The notes: generated by a model not told the origin, from the sequence alone. 64,000 bases of DNA from Octopus sinensis (GCF_006345805.1 NC_043025.1:14508001-14572000), one strand, 5' to 3'; positions 40,059 to 53,545 are shown, counted from the stretch's first letter. Numbers and translations are program-made.

Positions 40059-40376
40059 AAATTCATGGGTAAGGCCGGAACAATGCAAAATAAATTCAAG
40101 GCAAATCTCAAGAAAAGAGGCCTATGAATTAATGGTGACTTACCCTGCATTCAATATTTCTGGGTTGTGATCCCCTCTTCAGGAATTGGCGAATGTTACA
40201 GAGTATGAGAGGAGTAGATGCATACTCACACGCATGCTCACACACATGTACATCTGTAACATTCACTAATTCCTGAAGAGGGGGTCACAACCCTGAAATA
40301 TTGAATGCAGGGTAAGTCACCATTAATTCATAGGCCTTGGATTTATTCGCATTGTTCTGGCCTTACCCACGAATTT
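40059..40376. repeat. Imperfect fold-back (about 125-140-bp arms, 50-nt loop) with a hammerhead motif in each arm
   Basis: AAATTCATGGGTAAGGCC..GAATGTTACAGA pairs with TCTGTAACATTC..GGCCTTACCCACGAATTT. Confidence 0.88.
40269..40306 (+). ncRNA. Very minimal type-I hammerhead motif
   Basis: ATTC CTGAAGA GGGGG-TCACAA-CCCT GAAA-TA-TT GAAT. Stem III could form only as a dimer via ATAT. A minus-strand counterpart lies at 40149-40186. Confidence 0.62.
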
Positions 40377-40423
40377 GATATAACATACATATATTTGTGT
40401 GTGTGTGTATATATAAATAAATA

Positions 40424-40463
<40 letters not shown>

Positions 40464-41161
40464 GGTGCATGGCTTAGTTGTTACGGCATTCAACTTGTGA
40501 TTATAAGGTCGTGAGTTCAATTCCCGGTGAGGCATTATGTCCTTGAGCAAGACACTTTATTTCACATTGCTTCAGTCTATTTAGCTGGCAAAATTGAGTT
40601 GTACCTGTATTTCAAAGGGCCAGCCTTGTCACACTCTGTGTCACACTGAATCTCCCAGAGAACTATGTTAAGTTAAGAGTGCATGTATCTGTAGAGTGCT
40701 CAGCCACTTGCATGTTAATTTCATGAGCAAGCTGTTCCGTTGATCGTATCAGCTGGGATCCTCGTCATCATAACCGACTGAGTACCACAAAATATATATA
40801 TAAACAATTACAGTGTGGAAGGTGTTTATAAGCCATTTAAAAACACTCAAAAATCAAATTTAAACTTGATTTGTGTCAAAATATTTTCATCACTTTGAAA
40901 CTGCGACCCGTTCACTGACATGCTGCATTCAAATTCCATGCTGCAGCATGGCCAGAGACTGAATCGAGTATAGGACAAAAAAAATAAAGGATTTATTTGA
41001 ATGATTTGTTTTTTTTAATTAAAATTGTAAAGAATTTATTTAATTATTTTATTTACCTTTTTCCTTTTCATCTTTTTCAGATTTCCAAACATTTTTTTTT
41101 TACACCTGTCTTTACCTGTCTCACCTGTTGGATGTAATCTTACCTTGAATTCTCTGCAAAT

Positions 41162-41285
41162 ATGCCTGACTCACCTGATTTCAAACCCCCTAAACAACTG
41201 TCGCCCCCTGCTTTGAATACCATGTCTGGACTTTGTAATTATGGGAAACCAAAATCTACGACTAGCGCCTTACTGACAATGGCAG
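41162..41285 (+). CDS. Probable first coding exon of a host gene (exon 41081-41285), resembling the CBFA2T/MTG8(ETO)/nervy N-terminus
   Basis: Strong acceptor (long polypyrimidine tract, TTTTTCAG ending at 41080) and consensus donor CAG|GTAAGT (41286). ATG 41162 opens MPDSPDFKPPKQLSPPALNTMSGLCNYGKPKSTTSALLTMA, phase 1. It resembles vertebrate MPDSPVDVKTQSRLTPP (recalled). No downstream exon was found in the window. Confidence 0.65.
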
Positions 41286-41489
41286 GTAAGTGTTGACACC
41301 GGCAAAATTCTTCTTGTTATTGTTGTTGATATTCATCATCATTTAATGTCTGTTGTCCATGTTGGCATGGGTTGGACGGTTTCACCAGAGCTGTCAAGCC
41401 AGGGACCTGCCCCAGACTCCAGTCTGATTTGGCATGGTTTCCACAACCGGATGCCCTTCCTAACACCACCCACTTCACAAAGTATGCTG

Positions 41490-41830
41490 GGTGCTTTTAT
41501 GTGGTGTCACTTGGGTGCTTTCACGTATCACTGCGCCGGCACTTCCTCGTAGCACTGCACAGGTGCTCTTTTACGTGGCACCACACAGACGCTTTTACAT
41601 GGAACCAGATGGTCGCTTTTACATGGTGTTGGGTGGGTGCTTTTACATTGGCGTCATACGGGCACTTGTACATGACGCAACATGGGTTGTTGCACGTGTC
41701 CCTGCATGGCCGCATCTACATGGTGTCGCACCTGCCCTTTTACATGGTGCCATACAAATGTTTTTTACGTTGTGCCAAATGGATATATTCATGTGGCATC
41801 GCACAGGCACTTTTACGTGACACTGCCGTG
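41490..41830 (+). repeat. Degenerate minisatellite of GCTTTTACRTGG-based units
   Basis: Recurrent TTTTACATGG/TTTTACGTGG cores at about 20-26-bp spacing, in the same position of the (GAT)n-tailed repeat as the 11.9-kb array. Confidence 0.65.
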
Positions 41831-43199
41831 AGTGTTTTTCTCCACCAGAGAGACCAGACTCAATACTTCTCTGCAGAGTACAGGTTTTCTTGAGTACAGT
41901 AAGGGGCCAGGAATCTTGGTCCTTTGTCATTTCATCTTGTTTCTTCACAGTTGCAATGGGCACAATGGAAGCAATTGGTTTCCTATGTGGAACTCTAAAC
42001 TTTATTACAGTAATCACGTTTGAATTTACCTCAATGTATTAAGAGTGGGTATGCAAGCCATCGTATTTAGGCAAACATACATACATGCATTCATACATAA
42101 ATACATACATTACACACACACACGCGCGTTATTTATTGAAGGACACAATACATATGCTGAAGTGTATTAATAGTTGCATATGCTTAGAAATATCCCAAAC
42201 ACATTCCTCAGGCACAAACCACATATCCTAACAAAGTAAAAATATTCTTTCCTACTCAAGGCACAAGGCCCAAAATTTTGGGAGAGGGAGCCAGTCGAGT
42301 AGATCGACCCCAGTATGCAACTGGTACTTAATTTATCAACCCTGAAAGGATGAAAAGCAAAGCCAACCTCTGCGGAATTTGAACTCAGAACGTAAAGGCA
42401 GACAAAATACCGCTAAGCATTTCTCCTGGCATGCTTAACGTTTCTGCCAGCTCCTCGCCGCCTTGTCATCTCATCTGACAGGTTCTGTGCCCCGAGGTCA
42501 CTCCAGTACTTCATCCTATGTCCTCCCTGGTCCCCTACTTCCTCGGACTCCATTTTGATATTCTTGAGATTGTTCTAGAATTGGCATTCATTTTCTTTTG
42601 ATTCTTCGAAGTGCAATGGTATGCTCTGTGATCAAAGATGTTCCAGCTGTGACCATCCTGTCTTTTAGTCAGACCTAGTGTATCTAGGACTGCATTATCT
42701 AATGTGTCTTTCCTTGCTGTTTAGCCCCAGGTCAGTCCCAATCCAGTAGACCTATGATCAAAGATGTTCCAGCTGTGACCATCCTGTCTTTTAGTCAGAC
42801 CTAGTGTATCTAGGACTGCATTATCTAATGTGTCCTTCCTTGTTCTTTAAATTCTTCCGAATGTAATTGGTTTCGTAACAATTTCCTGTTTCTTTACTCA
42901 GTTCTTTTTCAGTTTTATTCAAGCCTCCAAGATCTTTTGAGCTGCAGGGGTTAGCTTGTAGGGGGCAAACAAGGGAGTGTTTCTCTGTAAGGGGTTGGCT
43001 TCCCCACATTCATCGGTGGCTGGGCTGGTCTTGTGTCCCCCCTCCTCTCCATCTAACTGAAGCAACTTTTGATAACCCCCACTTCTTGTAACTACATTCT
43101 GTTGTGTTGTTTAACAGCTTTTGTCAACAATCCAGGTTGGGTCTATCTACGGCCACATTATCTAGCTTGTTCTTCCTTATTGTTTATCTCTATTTGTGC

Positions 43200-43231
<32 letters not shown>

Positions 43232-43326
43232 ATTGATATGTATGTATGAGATAGATATATATATATATATATATATACACTTATATTCATATGTATGAGT
43301 GTGTATGGTTTTGTATATATATATAT

Positions 43327-43374
<48 letters not shown>

Positions 43375-43397
43375 CACACACACACACACATATATAT

Positions 43398-43432
<35 letters not shown>

Positions 43433-43846
43433 CACACACATACACAACTTTTTCGTGGCCGTTGCCAGTACTGCCTGACTGGCAACCGGTGGCACGTAAA
43501 AGCACCCACTACACTCTCGGGGTGGTTGGCATTAGGAAGGGTATCAAGCTGTAGAAACTCAGCCAGATTGGATTGGAGCCTGGTGCAGCCATCTGGTTCA
43601 CCAGGCCTCAGTCAAATCTTCCAACTCATGCCAGCATGGAAAGCGGGCGTTAAACGACGATGATGATGATATATACACATATCATTATCATCATTTAATG
43701 TTCATTTTCCATGCTGGGACGGTTTCACTAATACGCATGTATTACAGTTTTTCTGAATTTTCAGATTTTTATATATGCTACTGGTTTTATATTGATGTTA
43801 ATTAATATTCAATTTATCACCCTCATTATTTAAATTTTATATACAT

Positions 43847-43972
<126 letters not shown>

Positions 43973-44202
43973 AACATACATATATATATCTCTTTACTCT
44001 TTTTACTCTTTTACTTGTTTCAGTCATGTGACTGTGGTCATGCTGGAGCACCGCCTTTAGTTGAGCAAATCGACCCCAGGACTTATTCTTTGTAAGCCTG
44101 TACTTATTCTATAGGTCTCTTTTGCCGAACCGCTAAGTTACGGGGACATAAACACACCAGCATCAGTTGTCAAGCGATGTTTGGGGGGGGGGGACAAACA
44201 CA

Positions 44203-44257
<55 letters not shown>

Positions 44258-44543
44258 TACGACGGGCTTCTTTCAGTTTCCGTCTACCAAATCCACTCAC
44301 AAGGATTTGGTCGGCCGGAGGCTAGAGTACCTTGATACTTTGATACTTTGATAGGTTTCGGCCATTATTGGCCCAGGCCATGTCTAACTTAATAGCACCA
44401 CCTGGTGTAGAAGACACTTGCCCAAGGTGCCACGCAGTGGGACTGAACCTGGAACCATGGTGTTTGTAAGCAAACTACTTACCACACAGCCACTGCTACG
44501 CCTATATATATATATTCATATATTCATACATATATACACATAC

Positions 44544-44605
<62 letters not shown>

Positions 44606-45245
44606 ATGTCTATATATATATATGTGTGTGTGTGTGTGTATGTCTATATATATATATGTGTGTATATGTGCATATAGTCATGTGCAATTATGTGTTGCTA
44701 CACTTAGGCTCCAAAACATTTGAGCTCTTTCAGCTAAATCCCAATTCCTATTCCGACCAATATCTCTACCGTTTCTGAAATGAAAATCATTCTAAACACC
44801 AGATGTTCTGGAGAGAGACAGAAAGAGAGACAGAGAGAAAGACAGCGAGAGAGATGGGGGTGGGTCTTCAACAGCTCTCTTGTTGCTCATTAGTAATTAA
44901 TTAAAATCTGTTGTTGGCAGGAATAGTTAACGAGAAGATAAAATATATATATATATATATTTCAAAATCTAAAATTGTAACACCTGTACCTAACGCGTGG
45001 GATTTTTGGGTTTTTTTCTTTGATTTTCATTTTTTTTTTTGTTTAATTCTTAAAAGAAATGTTTTTTCTGTACCTGTGTATAATTTGTACAATGTGTTGT
45101 TGGTGTGTATACTGTGTAGATGTGTAGAGACATGGGTGTTAGTGTAGCGCAGTTTCTTTTTTTTTTGTCTTACATTTTGGAAAAGAGTCACATGTGGTTT
45201 TGCTACAGTTTCTTCTCATTTAAATATGGTACACATACATATGTA

Positions 45246-45276
<31 letters not shown>

Positions 45277-45487
45277 ATGTATATGTGTGTACATATATAT
45301 GTATATGTGTATATATATGTATTTGTGTATGTATATATATATATGTATGTGTGTATATATATATGTATATGTATGTGTGTGTGTATATATATATGTCTAT
45401 ATATATGTATATGTCTGTATATATATATATATGTATATGCTTGTGTATATGTATGTGTGCATGTATATATATGTGTGTATGTGTGCG

Positions 45488-45529
<42 letters not shown>

Positions 45530-46275
45530 CATATGCATTTATTTTACATATATATATTCATGGCAAGTTGCTGTACATGTGATGACCTGTCATTCTTAGT
45601 GAAATTACACACCAACCGCTGGCTTCTTTCAGTTTCCACCTACCAAATTCACTCACAAGGCTTTGGTTGGACTGAGCCTGTGGTAGAAGACACTTGCCGA
45701 GGCTACCACTCAGTGAGATTGAAACCAGAACCATGTGCTTGGTAAGCTTCCTACCACACAGCCATGCCCATCTCCCCCTCAGACCTGCCTGTTTGTTTCC
45801 AACAACTGCCAATGCCACCACCACCACCATGACTACCCTCCATCATTACACTTCCATCATCATGTCGACACTGCCACCACCACCCCTCTAGCCATGACCA
45901 CCACCTACTAACTATTGACATATTGACCATGTATAAAGAAGCAGCTGGTGTAGTGTCCTCAGCTCCTCTCTACAAACTCACTCACATGTAATTCCAATCC
46001 ATGAAAGCCTCTATGCACTCACATGTCTCTCCCTTCTCCCCCCATGACTATCCATCCTCTCTGTCTCTCTCCATCCATACAGACTCTGGCTTTACTTCAA
46101 ACACCCACCTACAAACACACACTATACATGCAGGCGTGGGTGTGCGGTAAGAAACTTGCTTCCCAACCACATGGTTCCAGGTTCAGTCCCACCGCATGGC
46201 ACCCTGAGCAAGTGCTTCGATCATAGCATCAGGCTGACCAAATCCTTGTGAGTGGATTTGGTAGACGGAAACTGA

Positions 46276-46323
<48 letters not shown>

Positions 46324-47005
46324 GTTTGTCCCTCCAACTATCGCTTGACAACTGATGTTGGTGTGTTTATGTCCCAGTAGACAGAAACTGAAAGAAGCCC
46401 GTCGTATATGTGCGGGTGGCACGTAAAAAGCACCCACTACACTCTCGGAGTGGTTGGCGTTAGGAAGGGCATCCAGCCGTAGAAACACTGCCAGATTTGA
46501 CTGGGCCTGATGAAGCCTTCTGGCTTCACAGACCCCAGTAGAACCGTCCAACCCATGCTAGCATGGAAAACGGACGCTAAACGATGATGATGATGATGAT
46601 GATATATATATGTGTGTGTATATATGTTTGTGTGTCTGTATTTGTCCCCCAAGCATCGCTTGACAACTGATGTTGATCTGTTTACATCCTCGTAACTTAG
46701 TGGCTCGGCAAAAGAGACCGATAGAATAAGTACTAGGCTTACAAAAAATAAAACATGGGGCCGATTTGGGGCCACAGTCATATGACTGAAACAAATAAAG
46801 GAATAAAAGGATGTATGTGTGTGTGTGTATATATATATATATCATCATCATCATCATCATCTGCATTCCATGTTGGCATGGGTTGGACAGGTTGACAGGA
46901 GCCGGCCATGTAGAAGACTGCCCAGGCTACTGTGTCTGTTTTGGCAAGGATTTACAGATTTTGTTCTGTTTGTAGCATCATACTGCCATAAAAAAAAAAA
47001 ACATT

Positions 47006-47042
<37 letters not shown>

Positions 47043-48521
47043 CTTTTTTCTTGTCTGTTATTTGACTGTGGCTATGCTGGAGCACCACCTTTAGTCGAGC
47101 TAATCGACCCCCAAGGCTTATTCTTTGTAAGCCTAGTGCTTATTCTTTCGGTCTCTTTTGCTGAACTGCTAAGTTTCAGGGACGTAAACACACCAGCATT
47201 CATTGTCAAGCCATAGTGGGGGGAAAAACACAGACATGCACACACACAAATACATACATATATACATACACACACACACACACACACGACAGGCTTCTTT
47301 CAGTTTCCGACTACCAAATCCACTCCCAAGGCTTTAATCGGTCCGAGGCTATGGTAGAAGATATTTGCTCAAGGTGACCAGTAAGATTGAATAGACTTAT
47401 TTTTTTAATTCTTTTACTTGTTTCAGTCATTTGACTGCAGCCATGATGGAGCACGGCCTTTAGTCAAACAAATCGACTCCAGGACTCATTCTTTGTAAGC
47501 CTAGTACGTATTCTATTGGTCTCTTTTGCCGAACTGCTAAGTTATGGGGACATAAACACACCAGCATCGGTTGGCAAGTGATGGTGGTGGGGAGAGACAC
47601 ACACACACACGATGGGCTTCTTTCGGTTTCCATCTACCAAATCCACACTCAAGGCTATAGTAGAAGACACTTGCCCAAGGTGCCACAATGTGAGACTGGA
47701 CCCCTGGAAACATGTGGTTGGGAAGCAAGCTTCTTACCACACAGCCACACCTGCCCCCATGACTGTTTATTTTTTTCAGGCATAGTGTATGTAGGACTAC
47801 AGCAATGAACGTGCCCTCTGCCATATAAGACAGCAGGGCTGTGATTTTTGTGGAAGATTCAGCTGTTCTGTTCAGCAGCTCAGATGACCACTTAAAGGCC
47901 ACACTCAGTGATGATGATGGTGATCAAAATGATGATGATGATAAATGGTGATGATGACAATAAAGATGATAGCGATGATGGTAGTGGTGGTGGCAGTGGT
48001 GGTCGTCGTAGTAGTTGGGATTATGGCGGCGGTGGCTATGATGGTGATGTTTAAGTTGTGGGTGGCGGTGGTGGTGGTTGTGGTGACGATAATGTTTAAG
48101 GTGGTGGAGGCGGTGGTGATGATAATGGTGGCAGTGGTGGTTGTGGTGGTGGTGGTGGCAGCCATGGTTGTGATGGTAATGGCAGTGCTTTTAGTAACGG
48201 TAATCGTGGTGGTGGTGGTGATGGTATTAGTGGTGGGAAATCTTTCATTAAGATGCAGTTGTGAGTGATTCACATTTTTTGGCGTATTGATTGCAAGGTT
48301 TGGACATCGCTCCCACCACAACCGCTACTACTACCACCACCACCACTACTACCACTGTAAACATCACAATATTGACACAGTGTATTTATTGATGGTTGTG
48401 TGGGAAACAGAACAGATGGGACGAAATACGTGCGTGTTTGTATATTTGTGTGTGTGTATGTGTTGATATATAGATTTATATATAGTTTGTTTGTGTATTT
48501 ATATATATATATGTATGTATA

Positions 48522-48571
<50 letters not shown>

Positions 48572-48647
48572 TGTATATACTGCAGGCAATACTTTGTGTA
48601 TATGTTTGCGTGTGTATATGCTGCATCAATACTTTGTATGTTTGTGT

Positions 48648-48687
<40 letters not shown>

Positions 48688-48825
48688 TATATTGCATTTA
48701 TACATATGTAATTAATATAGAACTATATATACTAGATCAATAATTGCATGTGAATATGTGTTTATATTATATACATACATAATTATATATGTATATATAT
48801 GTTACAAATATATATCTATGTATAT

Positions 48826-48873
<48 letters not shown>

Positions 48874-49939
48874 TTATGCATAGATATATATACACATATA
48901 TTTATGTATGTATTTATATATGCATACTGAATGTAATCTCCTAATATTAATGCATATACCTACATATAACATGTATATATATATATATCTGTGCGGGTGG
49001 GTGTATATATGTGTGTGAACATGTATTAGTGTGTGTATGTGTATATATATATATATATATATTTATATATAAACATACACACACACACACATGATGCATA
49101 CATGAATAGTTAAACACATAATTTTGCCTGTATATATAATTCATGATATTTGTGTAAATATTTATTCACCCTTTTCAGTGTATATACATATACACACACA
49201 CATATCTCTATCTATCTCTCTCTCTCTCTATATATATATATATACATACATACATATATATATATACATACACAAATACATACATCTCTCATATATATAT
49301 GTAGTGTGTATAAATATACCTGTACATACATACATATTAATTTACACTCAGCAATACTTATATATGCACATGTGTATAACCGTATATCAATATATGGTTG
49401 TGCATGTGAGTATATATGTGTGTATGTGTGCGTATACACGTACATTCATATCCACACTTGCATATATATATATTATGCATATGCACACTTTTATATATAC
49501 ACACACATATAGACATACATATACATGCATACATGCAGCACACACACTCGCAGACACCACACGTGTTTATGTTATATATATATATACATGCACACACATA
49601 AACACATACGCATATATATAGACATAGACACACACTCACAGACATGTATATACACACACAGAAACATAGTCATGCATGCACATGTATACACACAGACACC
49701 AATCTGAAAGAAGGAGGAGGATGGGAAACACCACCAACAACACCAACGGCACCACTGCCACCGACCACACTGTCAAGAACTTACCACAGCAACAACCACT
49801 GCCGCCGCTGCCACCCTCTAACGGTGCAGTCGGTAGATATTGTTGCATCTTTGTGCACTGGAACAGAACATGTTGCAACAGCTGTGTCATGTCATTAAAC
49901 TTCATCTTTAGCCATTCGATGATTTCATTCCAGCCAGCT

Positions 49940-50053
49940 TCTCTCTCTCTCTATCTCACTCTCACTCTCTCTCTCTCTCTCTCTCTCTATCTCACTCTCA
50001 CTCTCTCTCTCTCACTCTATCTCTCTCACTCTATCTCACTCTCAATCTTTCTT

Positions 50054-50098
<45 letters not shown>

Positions 50099-50271
50099 GC
50101 CACCTCACTTTATATCTGTTGATCTCTTTATGTATGTATCTATCTATCTATCTCTATCTTCTCTGTCTCCCTGTGCATTTATCTATCTGTCTGTCTGTCT
50201 ATCTATATCTTTATCTCTATATGTCTGTCTATCTGTCCCTCTATCCATCTATCTATCTATCTATCTATCTA

Positions 50272-50321
<50 letters not shown>

Positions 50322-50376
50322 ATCTATCCGTCTGTCTGTCTGTCTGTCTATCTATATATCTATATCTACCTATCTA

Positions 50377-50432
<56 letters not shown>

Positions 50433-50510
50433 ATCCATCATCCATCCATCATCCATCCATCCATCCATCCATCCATCCATCCCTCCCTCCCTCCCTCCCT
50501 CCCTCCCCCT
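49940..50510. repeat. Compound microsatellite (CT)n-(TCTA)n-(TCCA)n-(TCCC)n
   Basis: Directly visible graded tetranucleotide array. Confidence 0.95.
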
Positions 50511-50784
50511 CCTGTCTCTGCTGTCTGTGGAATTTTTCTCCTTTTCTCTCTCTCAATGTCTATGTACATATGTATGTTTGTGTGTGTGTGTGTGTATATA
50601 TATATGAATATATATATATATATATAAATATATATATATATATCTATATATATATAATTAATATAAATCCTTTGTGTGTGGTTGTGTATATAAGTATATG
50701 TAGACGTATGTATGCACATGTGTATCTATGTGTGCATTTATGTGTGTGTGCATATATTTATACAAATGTATTTTACATTTTATT

Positions 50785-51212
50785 TATTGGAATTCTTCCT
50801 ACAATTTAATTGTTGTTTACTAATAAAGAAACTGACTCCATCTCTGGAATTTAACACCAACAACATATATTACGTATCATACTTTAAGAAAGTTTCGCAC
50901 ATTTATATCATTCCACTTACAGGCTACATCTGTAATGTGTATGTTTGCTGTTCTCTTTCTTTGCTTGGAAATTCTATCTTCTCCAGATTGTCACTTAGAA
51001 ATTTACTTACAATAGCCAAATACGCCAATAATTACTGGTATCAGTGTGAAATTATAACCCTGCATAGAGGAGTTAGAACTTTCGGAGCTGTTGTCCATAT
51101 TTGTCTTCCTTCACACTGATTTTGGAAGGGGTGGTCACATCTGGAGTGCAGCTTACCTCTGTGACAGTACATGGCTTTTCTTTTCTGCCCCAAATCACTA
51201 TATCAGGTCTGA
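50785..51212 (-). mobile_element. R4/Dong-like (RLE) LINE 3' fragment
   Basis: Minus frame RPDIVIWGRKEKPCTVTEVSCTPDVTTPSKISVKEDKYGQQLRKF, a PD..E restriction-like endonuclease, followed by a KCAKLS/CETFLK-type C-terminal remnant. Confidence 0.75.
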
Positions 51213-51262
51213 TATGTATGTATGTAGGTATGTATGTCGTCATTATCATGTATGTTTTTATA

Positions 51263-52015
51263 CGGGGCTGTGGAATTGGAGTCGTTGAGTCAGAGTCAGA
51301 AACAACTACAGGGTAGCTGGAGTCAGAGTCAATAAAACTATACTGACTCTGATTCCGACTCACAGTATTTTTATTCATTATTTACTTGTACTTGTGATGG
51401 CGTTCACCCAGGGAGTTGAGCTGGCTTCTTCTCTGGTCCTGACAGCATCATGAACCATGGTGGCCCACGCTTGACAGTCCTGTGCGAGGTCACTGGAGAT
51501 AGTGAGCCATTCACGGTTTCATCTGCGCAGACCGACCACCTATGGACCTGAGAGTTTGGAGAGGTCCTCCTTTATCGTCGTTGCCCAGGTCTTCAGCTGC
51601 CCACCCATGCATTTGCGCCAGTTGGGAAATGGAGGTGGGAGGAGGACATCGTGAATCAGTTCACCCTCTGGACGCTGGGCTGCATGACCGAACCACCTTA
51701 AGCACCGTTGTAGAAGCACCGAAGGGAGGGGCCGGAGATTCAGGAGATGACGAAGACCGGCTGTAGGAACCCGATCAATGCGTTGACAGTGAAGAATGCA
51801 GCAGAGACAGTCATTGTCGAACACCTCCAGCTTCTTCCAACTTCGTCTATGAATCCTACTACTTCTTATTCTTTAATATAAACCAGTTCTAACATAAAGG
51901 GCCGACTCAAAGTACAAGCGTATGCATGTGCTTTATGAGATCTGTGGACCACAATCACTTATTTACATAAAGAGGAGTCGGAGTCAGTGTTTTTTGTTTT
52001 GACTTCACAGCCCTG
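51263..52015. mobile_element. hAT-type MITE with 8-bp TSD, carrying a nested LINE
   Basis: Ends CGGGGCTGTGGAATT and GACTTCACAGCCCTG, internal GAGTCR repeats, TSD TTTTTATA at 51255-51262 and 52016-52023. Confidence 0.85.
51383..51838 (-). mobile_element. RTE-clade LINE 3' fragment nested in the hAT MITE
   Basis: ORF 51540-51824 reads FDNDCL..LRWFGHAAQRPEGELI..WRKCMGGQLKTWATTIKEDL. The tail is ACAAGTACAAGTAAA. Confidence 0.85.
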
Positions 52016-52077
52016 TTTTTATATCGATGATCTTCCTCGGCTTGAGTGGACAGCCTCCATGTATGTATGTATGTATA

Positions 52078-52582
52078 GAATGTTCTGTTTTTTTTTTAAT
52101 TATCATAAATTTTCTATTTAGGAGGGGGCCGGTTTCCAACAAAGATACAAGGCTTCATCTTTGGGATGTAGTTAACACAGACAAATTCACATTTGGAACT
52201 TAAGAAAAGTCTTGCATATTTTCACTGTTCCACTCACAGATTGCACTTGTAATGTACGAATCATCCGGTCAATTTCTCTTTCTGAAAATCCCAGTTTATC
52301 CAGCTTCTCTGTTAAGCATTTACTAACAAAACCTAGTGCTCCAATTATTGGCATGAATATGAATTCATAGTCTGGATATAGAAGCTGGAGGTTTCAAAGC
52401 AGTTGTCCTTAGATACAGGTGAAGGAGTGGCTGTGTGGTAAGTAGGTTGCTTACGAACAACATGGTTCTGGGTTCAGTCCCACTGTGTGGCACCTTAGGA
52501 AAGTGTCTTCTACTATAGCCTCGGGTCGACCAAAGCCTTGTGAGTGGATTTGGTAGACAGAAACTGAAAGAAGCCTGTCGTA

Positions 52583-52613
<31 letters not shown>

Positions 52614-52622
52614 TTGTATGTA

Positions 52623-52661
<39 letters not shown>

Positions 52662-53025
52662 AGTATGTTTGTGTTTCAGTATTTGTACCCCCCAACATCG
52701 CTTGACAACCGATGCTGGTGTGTTTATGTCCCCCCGTAACTTAGTGGTTCAGCAAAAAGAGACCAATAGAATAAGTTCTAGGCTCAATTTTCTCAACTAA
52801 AGGCGGTGCTCCAGCATGGCCATAGTCAAATGACTGAAACAAGTAAAAGAGATATCCTCTTTTTCTTTGATTTTCAAAGAGATATTTATATCTACAGGGC
52901 AGCTGATCCCTATGACAGTACATACCTTGTCCCCTCTCTTCCAAACAACAATATCGGGCCTGCCATGCTTACATTTGATAGAAGTTTTGATTGGAATATT
53001 CCCCCAGTGTTCCTTGAGTTTGTAT
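52078..53025 (-). mobile_element. R4/Dong-like LINE 3' fragment interrupted by a SINE (52415-52850)
   Basis: KEHWGNIPIKTSIKCKHGRPDIVVWKR..CTVIGISCPVDINISLKIKEKED resumes after the SINE as NLQLLYPDYEFIFMPIIGALGFVSKCL..VSGTVKICKTFLKF. Confidence 0.8.
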
Positions 53026-53089
53026 TCATGTATGTATGTACATATGTATGTATGTATATATGTATATGTGTGTCTGTGTATGTATCTAC

Positions 53090-53545
53090 TTATAAATGTT
53101 CTCTTCTGCCTTAAATTATTTGAAATCTTCCTGTGAGGAAGGAATTGCTTTCTAACGAAGATACAAAGCCCATCGTTGGAAATGAAATAACAAAAACATT
53201 GTTACATTTTGAACTTGAGAAAAAGTCTTGCGTATTTTTATTGTTCCACTTACAGATTGGATCCATAAAATCTTTGTTAATTTTTCTCTTTCTTTGCTTC
53301 AAAATTTTATCTTCTAAGGATTGTCACTTAGACATTTACTAATGATAACCAAGTGGACTGATAATTACTGGTATCAATGTGAATTTATAACCCTGAGTAG
53401 ACAAGTTACATGTTTCAAAGCATTAGTCCATAGATATTCCCCTTCTCACTGATTTTAGAAGGGATGGTCACATCTGGAGGGCAGCTAACCTCTGTGACTG
53501 TACATTACTTTTCTTTTCAGTCCCAAATTACTATGTCAGGTCTAT
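53090..53545 (-). mobile_element. Third R4/Dong-like LINE 3' fragment
   Basis: PDIVIWD*KEK*CTVTEVSCPPDVTIPSKISEKGNIYG with multiple stops; nucleotide similarity to 50785-51212. Confidence 0.78.

Noticed and set aside
47905-48420. GTGGGAA Su(H)-like sites and poly-Thr/Val ORFs
   Set aside because: Short motifs in GT-rich trinucleotide repeat are expected by chance.
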